Shown here in pieces: positions 34,431 through 47,080 of a stretch of DNA of 64,000 bases. The stretch's first letter is position 1. Each line of letters starts with the position of its first letter. The notes under the pieces are model-generated. The model was not told the origin of the DNA, ran no database searches, and worked only from the letters and a program-made list of their open reading frames with translations. The translations under genes and the position numbers were made by a program. Source of the stretch: Nemertoderma westbladi (Eukaryota > Animalia > Xenacoelomorpha); the NCBI GenBank assembly GCA_032718475.1, contig JAUCBJ010007166.1, positions 74,525-138,524 on the forward strand, given 5' to 3'.

Positions 34431-37400
34431 TGTTTCCTGTTCCCTGTTCCCTGTTCCCTGTCCCCTGCCCCCTGTTCCCTGTCCCCTGTTCCCTGTTCCC
34501 TGTTCCCTGCTCCCCGTTCCCTGTTCCCTGTTCCCTGTTCCCTGTTCCCTGTCCCCTGCCCCCTGTCCCCTGTTCCCTGTTCCCTGACCCCTGTTCCCTG
34601 TTCCCTGTTCCCTGTTCCCTGTCCCCTGCCCCCTGTCCCCTGTTCCCTGTTCCCTGTTCCCTGTTCCCTGTCCCCTGTTCCCTGCCCCCTGTTCCCTGTC
34701 CCCTGTTCCCTGTTCCCTGTTCCCTGTTCCCTGCTCCCCGTTCCCTGTTCCCTGTTCCCTGTTCCCTGTTCCCTGTTCCCTGTTCGCTGTTCCCTATTCC
34801 CTGTTCCCTGTCCCCTGCCCCCTGTCCCCTGTCCCCTGTTCCCTGTTCCCTGTTCCCTGTTCCCTGACCCCTGTTCCCTGTTCCCTGTTCCCTGTTCCCT
34901 GTCCCCTGTTCCCTGTTCCCTGTTCCCTGTCCCCTGTCCCCTGTCCCCTGTTCCCTGTTCCCTGTTCCCTGTTTCCTGTCCCCTGTTCCCTGTCCCCTGT
35001 TCCCTGTTCCCTGTCCCCTGTCCCCTGTTCCCTGTTCCCTGTCCCCTGTCCCCTGTTCCCTGTTCCCTGTTCCCTGTCCCTGTTCCCTGTTCCCTTCCCC
35101 CTGTTCCCTGTTCCCTGTTCCCTGTTCCCTGTTCCCTGTTCCCTGTTCCCTGTTCCCTGTCCCCTGTTCCCTGTTCCCTGTTCCCTGTCCCTGTTCCCTG
35201 TTCCCTTCCCCCTGTTCCCTGTTCCCTGTTCCCTGTTCCCTGTCCCCTGTTCCCTGTTCCCTGCCCCCTGTTCCCTGTTCCCTGTTCCCTGCTCCCTGTT
35301 CCCTGTCCCCTGTCCCCTGTTCCCTGTCCCCTGTTCCCTGTTCCCTGTCCCTGTTCCCTGTTCCCTGTTCCCTGTTCCCTGTCCCCTGTCCCCTGCCCCC
35401 TGTCCCCTGTTCCCTGTTCCCTGTTCCCTGTTCCCTGTCCCTGTTCCCTGTTCCCTGTTCCCTGTTCCCTGTTCCCTGTTCCCTGCCCCCTGTTCCCTGT
35501 TCCCTGTTCCCTGTTCCCTGTCCCCTGTTCCCTATTCCCTATTCCCTGTCCCTGTTCCCTGTTCCCTGTTCCCTGTTCCCTGTCCCCTGCCCCCTGTTCC
35601 CTGTTCCCTGTTCCCTGTTCCCTGTTCCCTGTCCCCTGCCCCCTGTCCCCTGTTCCCTGTTCCCTGTCCCTGTTCCCTGTTCCCTGCCCCCTGTTCCCTG
35701 TTCCCTGTTCCCTGTTCCCTGACCCCTGTTCCCTGTTCCCTGTTCCCTGTTCCCTGTCCCCTGTTCCCTATTCCCTATTCCCTGTCCCTGTTCCCTGTTC
35801 CCTGTTCCCTGTTCCCTGTCCCCTGTCCCCTGCCCCCTGTTCCCTGTTCCCTGTTCCCTGTTCCCTGTCCCCTGCCCCCTGTCCCCTGTTCCCTGTTCCC
35901 TGTCCCTGTTCCCTGTTCCCTGCCCCCTGTTTCATGTTCCCTGTTCCCTGTTCCCTGTTCCCTGTCCCTGTTCCTGTTCCCTGTTCCCTGTTCCCTGTCC
36001 CCTGTCCCCTGCCCCCTGTCCCATGTTCCCTGTCCCCTGTTCCCTGTCCCCTGTTCCCTGTTCCCTGACCCTGTTCCCTGTTCCCTGTCCCTGTTCCCTG
36101 TTCCCTGCCCCCTGTTCCCTGTCCCCTGTTCCCTGTTCCCTGTCCCTGTCCCATGTCCCCTGTTCCCTGTTCCCTGTTCCCTGTCCCCTGTTCCCTGTTC
36201 CCTGTCCCCTGTTCCCTGTTCCCTGTCCCTGTTCCCTGTTCCCTGTTCCCTGTTCCCTGTCCCCTGCCCCCTGTCCCCTGTCCCCTGTCCCCTGTTCCCT
36301 GTCCCCTGTTCCCTGTCCCCTGTTCCATGTCCCCTGTCCCCTGTCCCCTGTCCCCTGCCCCCTGTTCCCTGTTCCCTGTTCCCTGTTCCCTGTTCCCTGT
36401 TCCCTGTTCCCTGTTCCCTGTCCCCTGCCCCCTGTTCCCTGTCCCCTGTTCCCTGTTCCCTGTCCCTGTTCCCTGCCCCCTGTTCCCTGTTCCCTGTTCC
36501 CTGTTCCCTGTTCCCTGCCCCCTGTTCCCTGTTCCCTGTCCCCTGTTCCCTGTTCCCGGTCCCCTGTCCCCTGTTCCCGGTCCCCTGTTCCCTGACCCCT
36601 GTTCCCTGTTCCCTGTTCCCTGTCCCCTGTTCCCTGTCCCCTGCCCCCTGTTCCCTGTTCCCTGTTCCCTGTCCCCTGTTCGCTGTTCCCGGTCCCCTGT
36701 TCCCTGCCCCCTGTTCCCTGTTCCCTGTCCCCTGTTCACTGCCCCCTGTTCCCTGTTACCTGTTCCCTGTCCCCTGTTCCCTGTTCCCGGTCCCCTGTTC
36801 CCTCCCCCCTGTTCCCTGTCCCCTGTTCCCTGTTCCCTGTTCCCTGTCCCCTGTTCCCTGTCCCTGTTCCCTGTTCCCTGTTCCCTGTTCCCTGTTCCCT
36901 GTTCCCTGTTCCCTGTCCCCTGTCCCCTGCCCCCTGTCCCCTGTCCCCTGTCCCCTGTTCCCTGTCCCCTGTTCCCTGTCCCCTGTCCCCTGCCCCCTGC
37001 CCCCTGCCCCCTGTCCCCTGTCCCCTGTTCCCTGTCCCCTGTTCCCTGTCCCCTGTCCCCTGTCCCCTGTCCCCTGTTCCCTGTCCCATGTTCCCTGTTC
37101 CCTGTCCCTGTTCCCTGTTCCCTATTCCCTGTTCCCTGTTCCCTGTTCCCTGTTCCCTGCCCCCTGTTCCCTGTTCCCTGTCCCCTGTCCCCTGCCCCCG
37201 TTCCCTGTTCCCTGTCCCCTGTCCCCTGCCCCCTGTCCCCTGTTCCCTGTCCCGTGTCCCCTGTCCCCTGTCCCCTGTTCCCTGTCCCCTGTTCCCTGTT
37301 CCCTGTTCCCTGTTCCCTGTTCCCTGTTCCCTGTCCCCTGTTCCCTGTTCCCGGTCCCCTGTTCCCTGCCCCATGTTCCCTGTTCCCTGTCCCCTGTTCC

Positions 37401-37900
37401 CTGCCCCCTGTTCCCTGTTCCCTGTCCCCTGTTCCCTGTTCCCGGTCCCCTGTTCCCTGCCCCCTGTTCCCTGTTCCCTGTCCCCTGTTCCCTGCCCCCT
37501 GTTCCCTGTTCCCTGTCCCCTGTTCCCTGTCCCCTGTTCCCTGTTCCCGGTCCCCTGTTCCCTGCCCCCTGTTCCCTGTCCCCTGTTCCCTGTTCCCTGT
37601 CAACTGTTCCCGGTCCCCTGTTCCCTGCCCCCTGTTCCCGGTCCCCTGTTCCCTGCCCCCTGTTCCCTGTCCCCCGTTCCCTGTCCCCTGTTCCCTGTTC
37701 CCTGTCCCCTGCCCCCTGTTCCCTGTTCCCTGTTCCCGGTCCCCTGTTCCCTGCCCCCTGTTCCCTGTTCCCTGTCCCCTGTTCCTTGCCCCCTGTTCCC
37801 TATTCCCTGTCCCCTGTTCCCTGCCCCCTGTTCCCTGTTTCCTGTTCCATGTTCCCTGTCCCCTGTTCCCCCTGTTCCCTGTTCCCTATCCCTGTCCCCG
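34431..37900. repeat. Heptamer satellite (CCCTGTT/CCCTGTC)n, right array
   Basis: About 3.5 kb continuation of the same satellite after the LINE 5' end. Confidence 0.98.
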
Positions 37901-37920
37901 TCACTGTCCTGGTCCTGCCG

Positions 37921-40090
37921 ACTACTAGGATCGGCATGATGCATTGCAGCTGCATTTTTAAGAATGCTGTGTCGGCTTGTCAACAAAAATTGCACCGCCA
38001 CAACTCCCTATCACCCATGACATTTGCTAGATCATCCGCATCTTCAAGGCCAGTGTCCTTTAAGATGCGTCTCAAGAAAGTCATGGGCTGTCCACCATGC
38101 TTATTCACTCCATGAGGCTGCCAAAGTACAAGATTATGCACTGGCTGGTCCTCACGGCGAAAGCAATGTCCTGCAAAGCGGAGGCGATTTTGTTCTAGTG
38201 TCAAGCTTGGGGGAACCAATGAGACACCTCCAATGTTATATATAGTGTCTGGTTGGAGATGTGTGCATTGTACTTGACACAATGAACCCGGCGTAGCATT
38301 CTTGTGAATGTGCCATCCAAAGATTTGGTGTCCTCGGCAGTTAGAGCCCAGCATGGACTCCCATAGAGGAGTACTGGAACTACTGCTGCTCTAAATAATC
38401 GGACCTTAAGTTTCCGATTAATTCTTGGTGACTTCCAAATCCTGGAAAGCCTATTCAAGGCTGCCCATGCCTTTCCCTTACGTATTCGAAGGTCTTCCCT
38501 CACCTGATTTCCGGATCCAGGATCCCAGGTAACAGAAGTCGTCCACATGCTCAAGCATACCATCCTTTGAGCTTATGCTCATCCGATCAGAGGCTTGCTG
38601 AGGACTTTCAAAGTTAACTGTCAAAATTTTGGTCTTTCTGGAGTTAATAAAAAGACCAACACTAGAAGCAGCATGTTCTAATGATTCTGAGAGTACTCCT
38701 AAGTCATCAGCAAAGTCAAAATCAGTTAGGTACTTGGCAGGATTTCCTCGACTTCTGGAGCCAGTAGGTGGAGTTATCATCACCCCATCATCATTATGAT
38801 GATCTAAGGACATGCGTAGAACATAGTCAACCACAATAATGAACAAGAATGGTGCAAGTGTGTCTCCTTGGAGGACGCCCCATATCACTTCAAATGGTTC
38901 TGTGTCACCGTCAACAGTAGACACAAATGTTGTCGAACCATCATATACTGATCTGATTGCTGCAATAATTTCATCAGGAATCCCATATAATGAAAGCATG
39001 CTGAACATACGTGAGCGAGAGACTGAATCAAAGGCCTTGAAGAAGTTAACAAAGATAACAGCCAGGATTCATCAATAGACCAATTCCACCATTGCCACTA
39101 TCATCTGCTGACGCGAGGGCGAGTCGCCAATCGCCCCCCATGTCCTTAATCAGAACCTCATCAGTCTGTCCAGTCTGCATTCGGTGCTCTTGAACACCCA
39201 CTGCACTAAGAGAAAGCTTATCTGCCAAGGCAGTCAGCTCACCTTGTCGCATTGGGGACCCGAGTGTTAGGGTGTTTACTGAGGCTAGTCTAGTGACTTG
39301 CCTCAGATTCACCAATGGCTTTGTTGGTCGGGGTGGAACATGAGAGTAGCCTCCAACTCCAGAATCCCTCTCCCCATCACAATCTGGCCTCCCTGGTGAC
39401 CCAGGGTTTGGGCCAGAAAGGTCATAAGGAAAGGGGCTCAAAGAATTGTTGGCTGCTCTCTCTCCAGTAGGGGGTGAGACAGGCAGCCGGTCAGGAGTTA
39501 ACTGACGCCTGTGAGGCCGATTGTGTCCGGTAATTCCACTGGCCTCTAGTGGCCGGACCTCCGCATCATTACTAATGTAATCCATAGTGGGGGTTGGGGG
39601 GTGCTTTTTTGCCGAGTCAGCTCTCGGGGCAAATACCACACCCTGGTTTGCCATTCCACAGGGTGGGTGTCGCAATGGAGTCAGATATGAGGCCCATCAC
39701 CCATATCTACTCTGGCGCACATGACCCACCATTGGCTGTTGCAGCTCATCTGCTGGGTCATGCCCTGTACCCTTGCTGCCAGGTGCAGGTCGCAGTGAAG
39801 TGCTCTCAGAGTGGACATGAGAACACTCTACTCCTGACCAGCCATTGGTAGATCACCATCTGCCTGGTCAGGCCATACACGCCTGCTGCCAAGTAAATGG
39901 GTCCTTAATCCAGGACCAAGGGCGCCCTTATCCCAGAACGAAGGGGGTCCTAGTTACAGGACCAGATTTGCCCTAGTAAGAGGGTCTATGCAGCTACAGG
40001 TGGCACCTACTTTATGCTGCATGGAGGTGGCAAGTTTTCTTGATCAATGACCTAGAATACCTGACCTGACAACAGCCGGGAACGGCTTAA
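37921..40090 (-). mobile_element. RTE-like LINE, internally deleted and frameshifted
   Basis: Endonuclease start (ASVNTLTL...VGVQEHR) fused at ~39060 to RT (FFKAFDSV, GVLQGDTLAPFLF, DFADDL, FCYLGS, RLRFAGH); short TAG-repeat tail at ~37921. The 5' limit is approximate. Confidence 0.8.
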
Positions 40091-40223
40091 GTTTAACATG
40101 CAACTTAATAATCTCTAATATAAATAATATATAAAGCGTACTAAAAAGCAAGGGAAACCGTAAGTTAATAGTTTAATTATTAGTAGTTAAAATTGATGTT
40201 AAATACATTTAATACAATAAGAT

Positions 40224-41117
40224 ATGTCAAAGATGGTTATGAGTTCTCCAATTAGACTTTATTTGACTTCTATATTCGCGCTCTTTATGAGCAATGCGTT
40301 GGTCGCCATCGTTGAATCACACAATCCTGATGGCGCGATTAACCCGGCGGACACGGCTCACGGCGGCGTTGCTATGGGAATACCGGACATCAACTGCGAC
40401 GACGGAATTCATGGGATCGCGGTTGACTGGTACTGCGACAAAGAGGCCTACAGTTGCGGCAAAACCTACGAGTCGAGCGGAGAAAGTTCCGAGGAATCAA
40501 GTGATGAGGAAATCGTCTCTCAAATAATTTGCGAAAATGAAACAAAAGACTCACTTCATAAATGTCTATCGGAGGAAATTTGTTACCATGGGTTACCGAT
40601 GAGTGGTCCCCATCGACCACTGTGGCCTCGCTATGGGGAATATGAATTCATCCCACCACAAAGATGGGTTCACACATTAGAACATGGGGCTGCTGTGTTT
40701 CTATACCATCCATGCGCTTCAAAACAACAGGTTGATGAATTGAAGGCAGTAGCTCGTTCTTGTCTTAGGAAACACATCATTACACCATCGAAATTGGTTT
40801 CTCGGCAACGACCCTATGTCATAGTGACTTTCGGTTGTAGATTGGAGATGAGGAAGGTCGAGTCAGGGCTAGCTCGTGATTATCTGCGTAGTTGCGCTGT
40901 TCGTGGCCCGACTAACGTGTTGGAAGAGACCGGAAAACCGTCGTTTTGTTTCCAGGCGCCAGAAGCTACACCAAAAGATGGTCAGTATAGTTTGGGTTTA
41001 CTGCAGCCAGCCTGTGAGGTTCCGGGAAGCGATATCAGCGATGCGAACATATGTCCTGAGGGTATCTATGACAACCAATGCGATGAGGGAATTCTAAAGA
41101 GTTCTTGCGACGTATAA
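40224..41117 (+). CDS. Secreted DUF3105 / TP53I13-like protein, single exon
   Basis: Hydrophobic N-terminus; PMSGPHRPLWPRYGEYEFIPPQRWVHTLEHGAAVFLYHPC and CLRKHIITP motifs; Cys-rich; AATAAA right after the stop. Confidence 0.85.
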   Translation: MSKMVMSSPIRLYLTSIFALFMSNALVAIVESHNPDGAINPADTAHGGVAMGIPDINCDDGIHGIAVDWYCDKEAYSCGKTYESSGESSEESSDEEIVSQIICENETKDSLHKCLSEEICYHGLPMSGPHRPLWPRYGEYEFIPPQRWVHTLEHGAAVFLYHPCASKQQVDELKAVARSCLRKHIITPSKLVSRQRPYVIVTFGCRLEMRKVESGLARDYLRSCAVRGPTNVLEETGKPSFCFQAPEATPKDGQYSLGLLQPACEVPGSDISDANICPEGIYDNQCDEGILKSSCDV

Positions 41118-42369
41118 TAAATATTATTTATGTTTGGGGTTCTTTGTAGTTTGTAGTTTGTGGGTCTGTAGTTTCCAAAAATGTGTTAAATATTACTTGT
41201 TGGTGCTGCTTTTTAAGGATAATTTTCAATTGAAATGCAACTAAATGTTAAAGCAAAAACAGTTGTTTTCTATGATGGATGGACGAATTGGTATTGAGAC
41301 ACCGTGGCAAGACGAAGCGGGCTAGACTTTAAAGTACTCCACAGACATGGTGCTTCCGTAGTATAAGCGCATTTGCACTTCAATTTCTCAAACATTTAAA
41401 ATTTATTGTTAATTTTAGCATATTGCTATGGAAACTCGCTAAAATTAATTTTGTATAATTTTAAAAAATAATTGTTCAATAAATGGTGTTTTTTATCATT
41501 AATTATCGCTTTTGTCTACATATTGCTGGGGCATCAAACCAGTATTATATCTGTATAATCTTGGTTTTTCAAGGTATCGATGTAATATCGAGGAAATATA
41601 CTCCAAACCAAGGCCATCCTAATATAAGACCTGCTCAGTACATTCTAGAATACCTTGATCAGCTGATATAAGAAGAACTTTTTGGAAATTATTTTTGAAA
41701 ATACTGAAACACCAGATTAAAGCAATTACTTGCAGTATTTTGATCATTTGCACCTGTAAATAGGATTTAAATCTTACAATGCATGGACCACGTATAGCAT
41801 GCTTAATGTTTGTCAGCAAAAAAATCTGAGAAAAACTACTAAAGATACACTTTTTAAGAGCGTGCCCGCCCATTAACAAGGATATTGGCCGCACTCGCTT
41901 CGTCAATCTATCAATGGGCAAGAACTACCTTTACAAAATTCCTGTCGATGCTTTATTTTTCTTGATCTGAAAGAACCAGATCAACCAATAACCTATACTG
42001 GCCAGTATTAGAGGGCCATCAATAGCCAGTATTACTGGTCATTGCTTTGGCCCCAGCACTAGTGCCTCCTATTGTGTCTCCATTCTTATGTGGCTACTCA
42101 GAGAGCGGAATAACCAAGTCAAAACGCCATTATTATAGAGTTATATATACTGCAAGGCTATTAACGCTTATATACGGATCTACAGACACACAGGTTAAGA
42201 TAGTGATACCCGTATCCTATAAACTCGCGTAATATTTTTGTTGCTCGCCCACACATACTAAATCTATCATTGTGGATGTCCATATTGTGCATGCGGTGGT
42301 GTAATTAGAGTTATTTATTTTAATGGATATTATAATATCGCATTGACGCAATAGTGTAAGTAATTTCTT

Positions 42370-44110
42370 CAACTTTTGTTCAATATAGCAACACCAAATT
42401 GATTGTTGTAAAGGTGCCGACAACGCCTGCAGCGGTTCGATTAAACCCACTGTGAATCTAAAGGAGGGCCTCAATGGTTGGAAGGCCCACTTCGAAAAGC
42501 TCCTCAATAATGACAGGGTATTGCCTGATAACTTTACAGAAGGAAAGTTCCCAAGAAGGGCAACCTAACACTCTAATGGAATCCCATTGATCCCGCTTGC
42601 TGCAAAGCTATACAATATAATTCTGTTAAATCGCATCAGGGATCCCCCACTGAGCGACTGCTCCGTGGAAATCAGAATGGGTTCCGTAAAGGTCGTGGGA
42701 CCATGGAGCCCATTTTGGCACATAGAAGGATAATTCAAGAGTCATCAAAAAAGAAAGACAGACATCTGGCTGTTATCTTGGTTGACTTCTTCAAGGCCTT
42801 TGATTCAGTCTCTCGCTCACGTATGTTCAGCATACTTTCATTATATGGGATTCCTGATGAAATTATTGCAACAATCAGATCAGTATAGGATGGTTCGACG
42901 ACATTTGTGTCTACTGTTGACGGTGACACAGAACCATTCGAAATGTTTTGGTGAATCTTCCAGGGAGACATACTTGCACCATTCTTGTTCATAATTGTTG
43001 TTGACTATGTTCTACGCATGTCCTTAGATCATTATAAAGATGATGGGGTGATGATAACTCCACCTACTGGCTCCAGAAGTCGAGGAAATCCTGCCAAGTA
43101 CCTAACTGATCTAGACTTTCCTAGAGGTTCCACCTTGGTGTAGTGGTCGCATTGAATTCACATCTCCCATAGGTCGTGGGTGCCATCCAGGGCGCATCTC
43201 TGCCTTGCATCCTGAAGTGGTAGCTAAATGAATACTGGAGTTTCCTCTGGGGAATAAAGTTCTGGGGGGACCGCACTGGAAATAAGTCGTCAGACTTTGT
43301 GCGTAATCCCTGGCCTAGTGGCCGAAGAAAATTTACTATTTTTACTTTGCTGGTGACTTAGGAGTACTCTCAGTATCACTAGAGGGAGTCCAACGGCTCC
43401 TCAGCTCATTATAACATGCTGCTTCTAGTGTTGGTCTTTTTATTAACTCCAGAAAGACCAAAATTTTGACAGTTAACTTTGAAAGTCCTCAGCAAGTCTC
43501 TGACCGGATGAGCATAAGCTCAAAGGATGGTATGCTTGAGCATGTGGACGACTTCTGTTACCTGGGATCATGGATCCGGAAGTCAGATGAGGACCTTCGA
43601 ATACGTAAGGGAAAGGCATGGGCAGCCTTGAATAGGCTTTCCAGGATTTGGAAGTCACATAGAATTAATCGGAAACTTAAGGTCCGATTATTTAGAGCAG
43701 CTGTAGTTCCAGTACTCCTCTATGGGAGTCCATGCTAGGCTCTAACTGCTGCGGACACCAAATATCTGGATGGCACATTCACAAGAATGCTACACCGGGT
43801 TCATTGTGTCAAGTACAATGCACGCATCTCCAACCAAACACTATATAACAATGGAGGTGTCTCATTGGTTCCCCCAAGCTTGACACTAGAACAAAATCGC
43901 CTCCGCTTTGCAGGACATTGCTTTCGCCGTGAAGACCAGCCTGTGCATAATCTTGTACTTTGGCAGCCTCATGGAGTGAATAAGGATGGTGGACCTGGAC
44001 AGCCCATGACTTTCTTGAGACGCATCTTAACGGATACTGGCCTTGAAGATGCGGATGATCTAGCAAATGTAATGGGTGATAGGGAGTTGTGGCGGCGCAA
44101 TTTTGTCGAC
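42370..44110 (+). pseudogene. Decayed RTE-like LINE (RT region)
   Basis: NQNGFRKGR, VDFFKAFDSV, FCYLGSW, RLRFAGHC with many stops; very similar to 37980-39060 in inverse orientation. Confidence 0.85.
43123..43340 (+). mobile_element. tRNA-derived SINE inserted in the RTE-like LINE
   Basis: ~220-bp insertion relative to the other RTE copy; A box TGGTGTAGTGG, degenerate B box GGGTGCCATCC, TTTAC-type tail, degenerate duplication of ACTTT(G/C)CT. Confidence 0.65.
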
Positions 44111-44539
44111 AATTTTGTTTGGGTAATTTCATCTCCCAAGTCAGTTTTACCAAGTCTGTCTGTCAGTCTGTCCGTCAAACAGACAATGAAAACAGCGGAT
44201 GTCCGTCTGTCTGTCAAATATGTCTGACAGAAAAACAGCTAGTTTGGATGACATCAAAAATCAAAACTGATATCGGAAATGAAATTAGCGCCCTCGGAAA
44301 CCTCAGTAGTGAAAAGCTTTCACTACTAAAGAAGACAGAACTGAGAAGTTAGCTTGTTATAAGTAATTAGTATATTTTGACGGACAGACGGACAGTCAGA
44401 CAGACAAGATTTGAACATTTGAGATTTCAATGCGAACTTCAAAAACATAAGTTCTGGATTAATTTGCCCGGATCCGGGACCAGAGCCAGAAAATTGGCCC
44501 GGAGCTCTGGAGCTCTGTTGCATCCCTAGTCGGGTTCAC

Positions 44540-44965
44540 TTCACTGTGTCAAGTACAATGCACACATCTCCAACCAGACATTATATAAAATTGGAGGTGT
44601 CTAATAGGTTCCCCCAAGCTTGATACTAGAACAAAGCCGCCTCCACATTGCAGGACATTGTTTTTACCGTGACATTGTTTTCACCGTTTTCACCTGTGCA
44701 CAATATTGTTCTTTGGCAGCCCCATGGAGAAAATAAGCCTGGTGGACAGCCCATGACTTTTTGTGAGACGCCTCCTAAACGACACTGGCCTTGAAGATGC
44801 GGATAATCTCGCGAAAGTCAAGGGGGATAGGGAATTGTGGCGGTGCAACTTTGTTGCTAACCCGGCAAAGCATTATTAATGCACCCTGCATTATTATTGG
44901 GACTGCCAATTAATTGCATCTCAATACGCAGTTTCAATGCAGCAGACCGATTAGTATTAGTAGTG
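44540..44965 (+). pseudogene. Second, more diverged RTE-like 3' end fragment
   Basis: Repeats 43795-44105 and ends in a TAGTATTAGTAG tail. Confidence 0.7.
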
Positions 44966-46730
44966 CTGTGGTAATGTGACTCTAAAAGGGTATTCATGCA
45001 TAAGCAAGCGTACAGGAACCATTTCCAGTGGGGGTGGGGCAGAGTATTAAACGCTTTGTTGAGTTGGAGGTGTAAAAAGTGTAAAAAATAATTTAATATG
45101 GTGGTTCACAATTATTAGTGAAAAGTTATTTACTAGTATGAAAAAATTATGCGTATGTGAATTTATTGTAAAAAAACTATGTAAATTTTGGGGAAGTGAC
45201 GCAATTGGGATTGAATTATGATTACATTTGTAACCCCCCCACCGCTCTCCAATGTAATGAATCTTTAACAGTCAACAAATTGATTGTAATAATCCTATGA
45301 GGAAATTTATAGCAAAAAAAAACTCACGAATAATATAATAATATAAATATAAACAAGAGGAACAATGAAAGGCGAGTGATGGACTGGAAATAATGGCACA
45401 AAAAAAGCAGAAATCATAGATTGTAAACTGGGCACCAACTCAATTTAAATCGATATTATAATTGTAATAAATAACATATAAACACACCGATAATCGGAGC
45501 CAGAAAATACAGCCAGCCTTTCTTTCATACAGAAGATAATAATCACATCACATACCTATTTGAAATATAACCAAGTTAATTTTTAGGTTAGAATAGGTTT
45601 AGATTGTTTTGTTGTGTATAGACTTTAGTTGCTCAGATCAAAACGCAAATGAATACAATAATGTAACCAGCCCAGCGTTAACACCGCTCTAACTAAATCA
45701 AGTACTGTTTTGATTTCGAGCTTATGACTTATGGTTAGGGTTATGATGAATTTTAAATTTGGTAACATCATTATTTTTATACAAAACTTTGAAATGTCAG
45801 AGGATAAAAATTAGATAATTGAAAACAAATTAAAATATGTAAAAATAAAATTTAAAAATTGTTTAGATATTAAAAAGGCTGTTATTGTAGTAGACAGATA
45901 TAGACCACCACGGCAGACAAAGTCAGACGGCAGAGTATTATATTGTAATGATAACTAAACACTACGCAACGCAGACACAAACAACCAAATGCATGGTTAA
46001 AGAATATAGACGCGACCACGCAGTAAACCAACGGACAGCAGGTAAAACAGAAGAGATGGTCTATAATAATAGAGTTACCCAGGCACCGGCGATAGAAAGG
46101 AAAGATAGTCCACCAACACTAACAGCCACCGCCACCCTGAGAGATAAGAAAAGAGTTTAAATAAGTTCGACAAACACCAAACAATTTAGAATAAGTAGAT
46201 TTGCAAAGATTATTAATAGGTAAATCAAAATAGACAAACAGGAGTTAATCTAAAACTAATCGCAATTCATCCGTCGCAATTTTTTTATTCTACTTATTCT
46301 TCGCTACTTAATTAAAATAAAACACACAGACCGAGTTTCAGCCAATAAAATAAATAAACCCTCTATAACTCATATAATATACACACTGGCATGTCGATTA
46401 AATTGTTGCATAAAATAAAACATGATGTAACATAAGATAAACTCCAACACCAGACGGTTCATCCGATTATTTTCCATAAATTCGATTCTTTCACAATAAA
46501 ATAATAATAATTGCGCTTCTCCCCATGTAATATAGATGGAACCCTATCTCGAGTCACCCAAAGTAGTTCCATACAGTGATGTACCGGTTACTTCTATATT
46601 TAGCAGTTTTAGGGACTATAGTTAGGTACCATTAGTAAAACAATAATTATTCATATAAGAAAACATAAATTTGTAAAATAACCGCGAAAAATGGATAACT
46701 TACCGGTATTTAGTATAACTTTATTCTATA

Positions 46731-46962
46731 GAAGAATTACTTTCTTTCACTAGAATTACTTTCTTTCACTAGAATTGCATTATTTTACTAGAATTAGTTT
46801 ATTTTACTAGAATTTGTTTATTTTACTAGAATTACTTTATTTTACTAGAATCACTTTATTTTACTAGAATTACTTTCTTTCACTAGAATTACTTTCTCTC
46901 ACTAGAATTACTTTCTTTTATTATAATAATTACTTTACTTCACTAGAATTAGTTTCTTTCAC
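46731..46962. repeat. 19-bp minisatellite (TAGAATTACTTTCTTTCAC)n, ~12 copies
   Basis: Tandem units visible directly. Confidence 0.9.
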
Positions 46963-47007
46963 AGTACTGAGTCTCATTAGTTTCCGAAATAACTTTTGCT
47001 CGTGCGA

Positions 47008-47080
47008 AAGGTAGCTCAGTCGACAGATCGGCGGAGTTTTGATATTATTTATTAGGTTCGAGACCCAACTGCGGCAGTAT
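47008..47080 (+). other. tRNA-like Pol III promoter remnant (SINE head or tRNA pseudogene)
   Basis: A box GTAGCTCAGTCG and B box GGTTCGAGACC; no convincing cloverleaf. Confidence 0.4.

Noticed and set aside
24526-38115. Many long ORFs of (PVPCSLF)n and (GTGNREQ)n
   Set aside because: Translations of a stop-free 7-bp satellite in all frames; no evidence of coding function.
39950-40090. HDV-like ribozyme at the RTE 5' end (GCCACCTCC on the minus strand)
   Set aside because: Could not build the P3/P1.1 pairings by eye; needs a covariance-model search.
47008-47080. Functional tRNA gene
   Set aside because: A and B boxes are present but the acceptor and anticodon stems do not pair; kept only as a SINE or pseudogene remnant.
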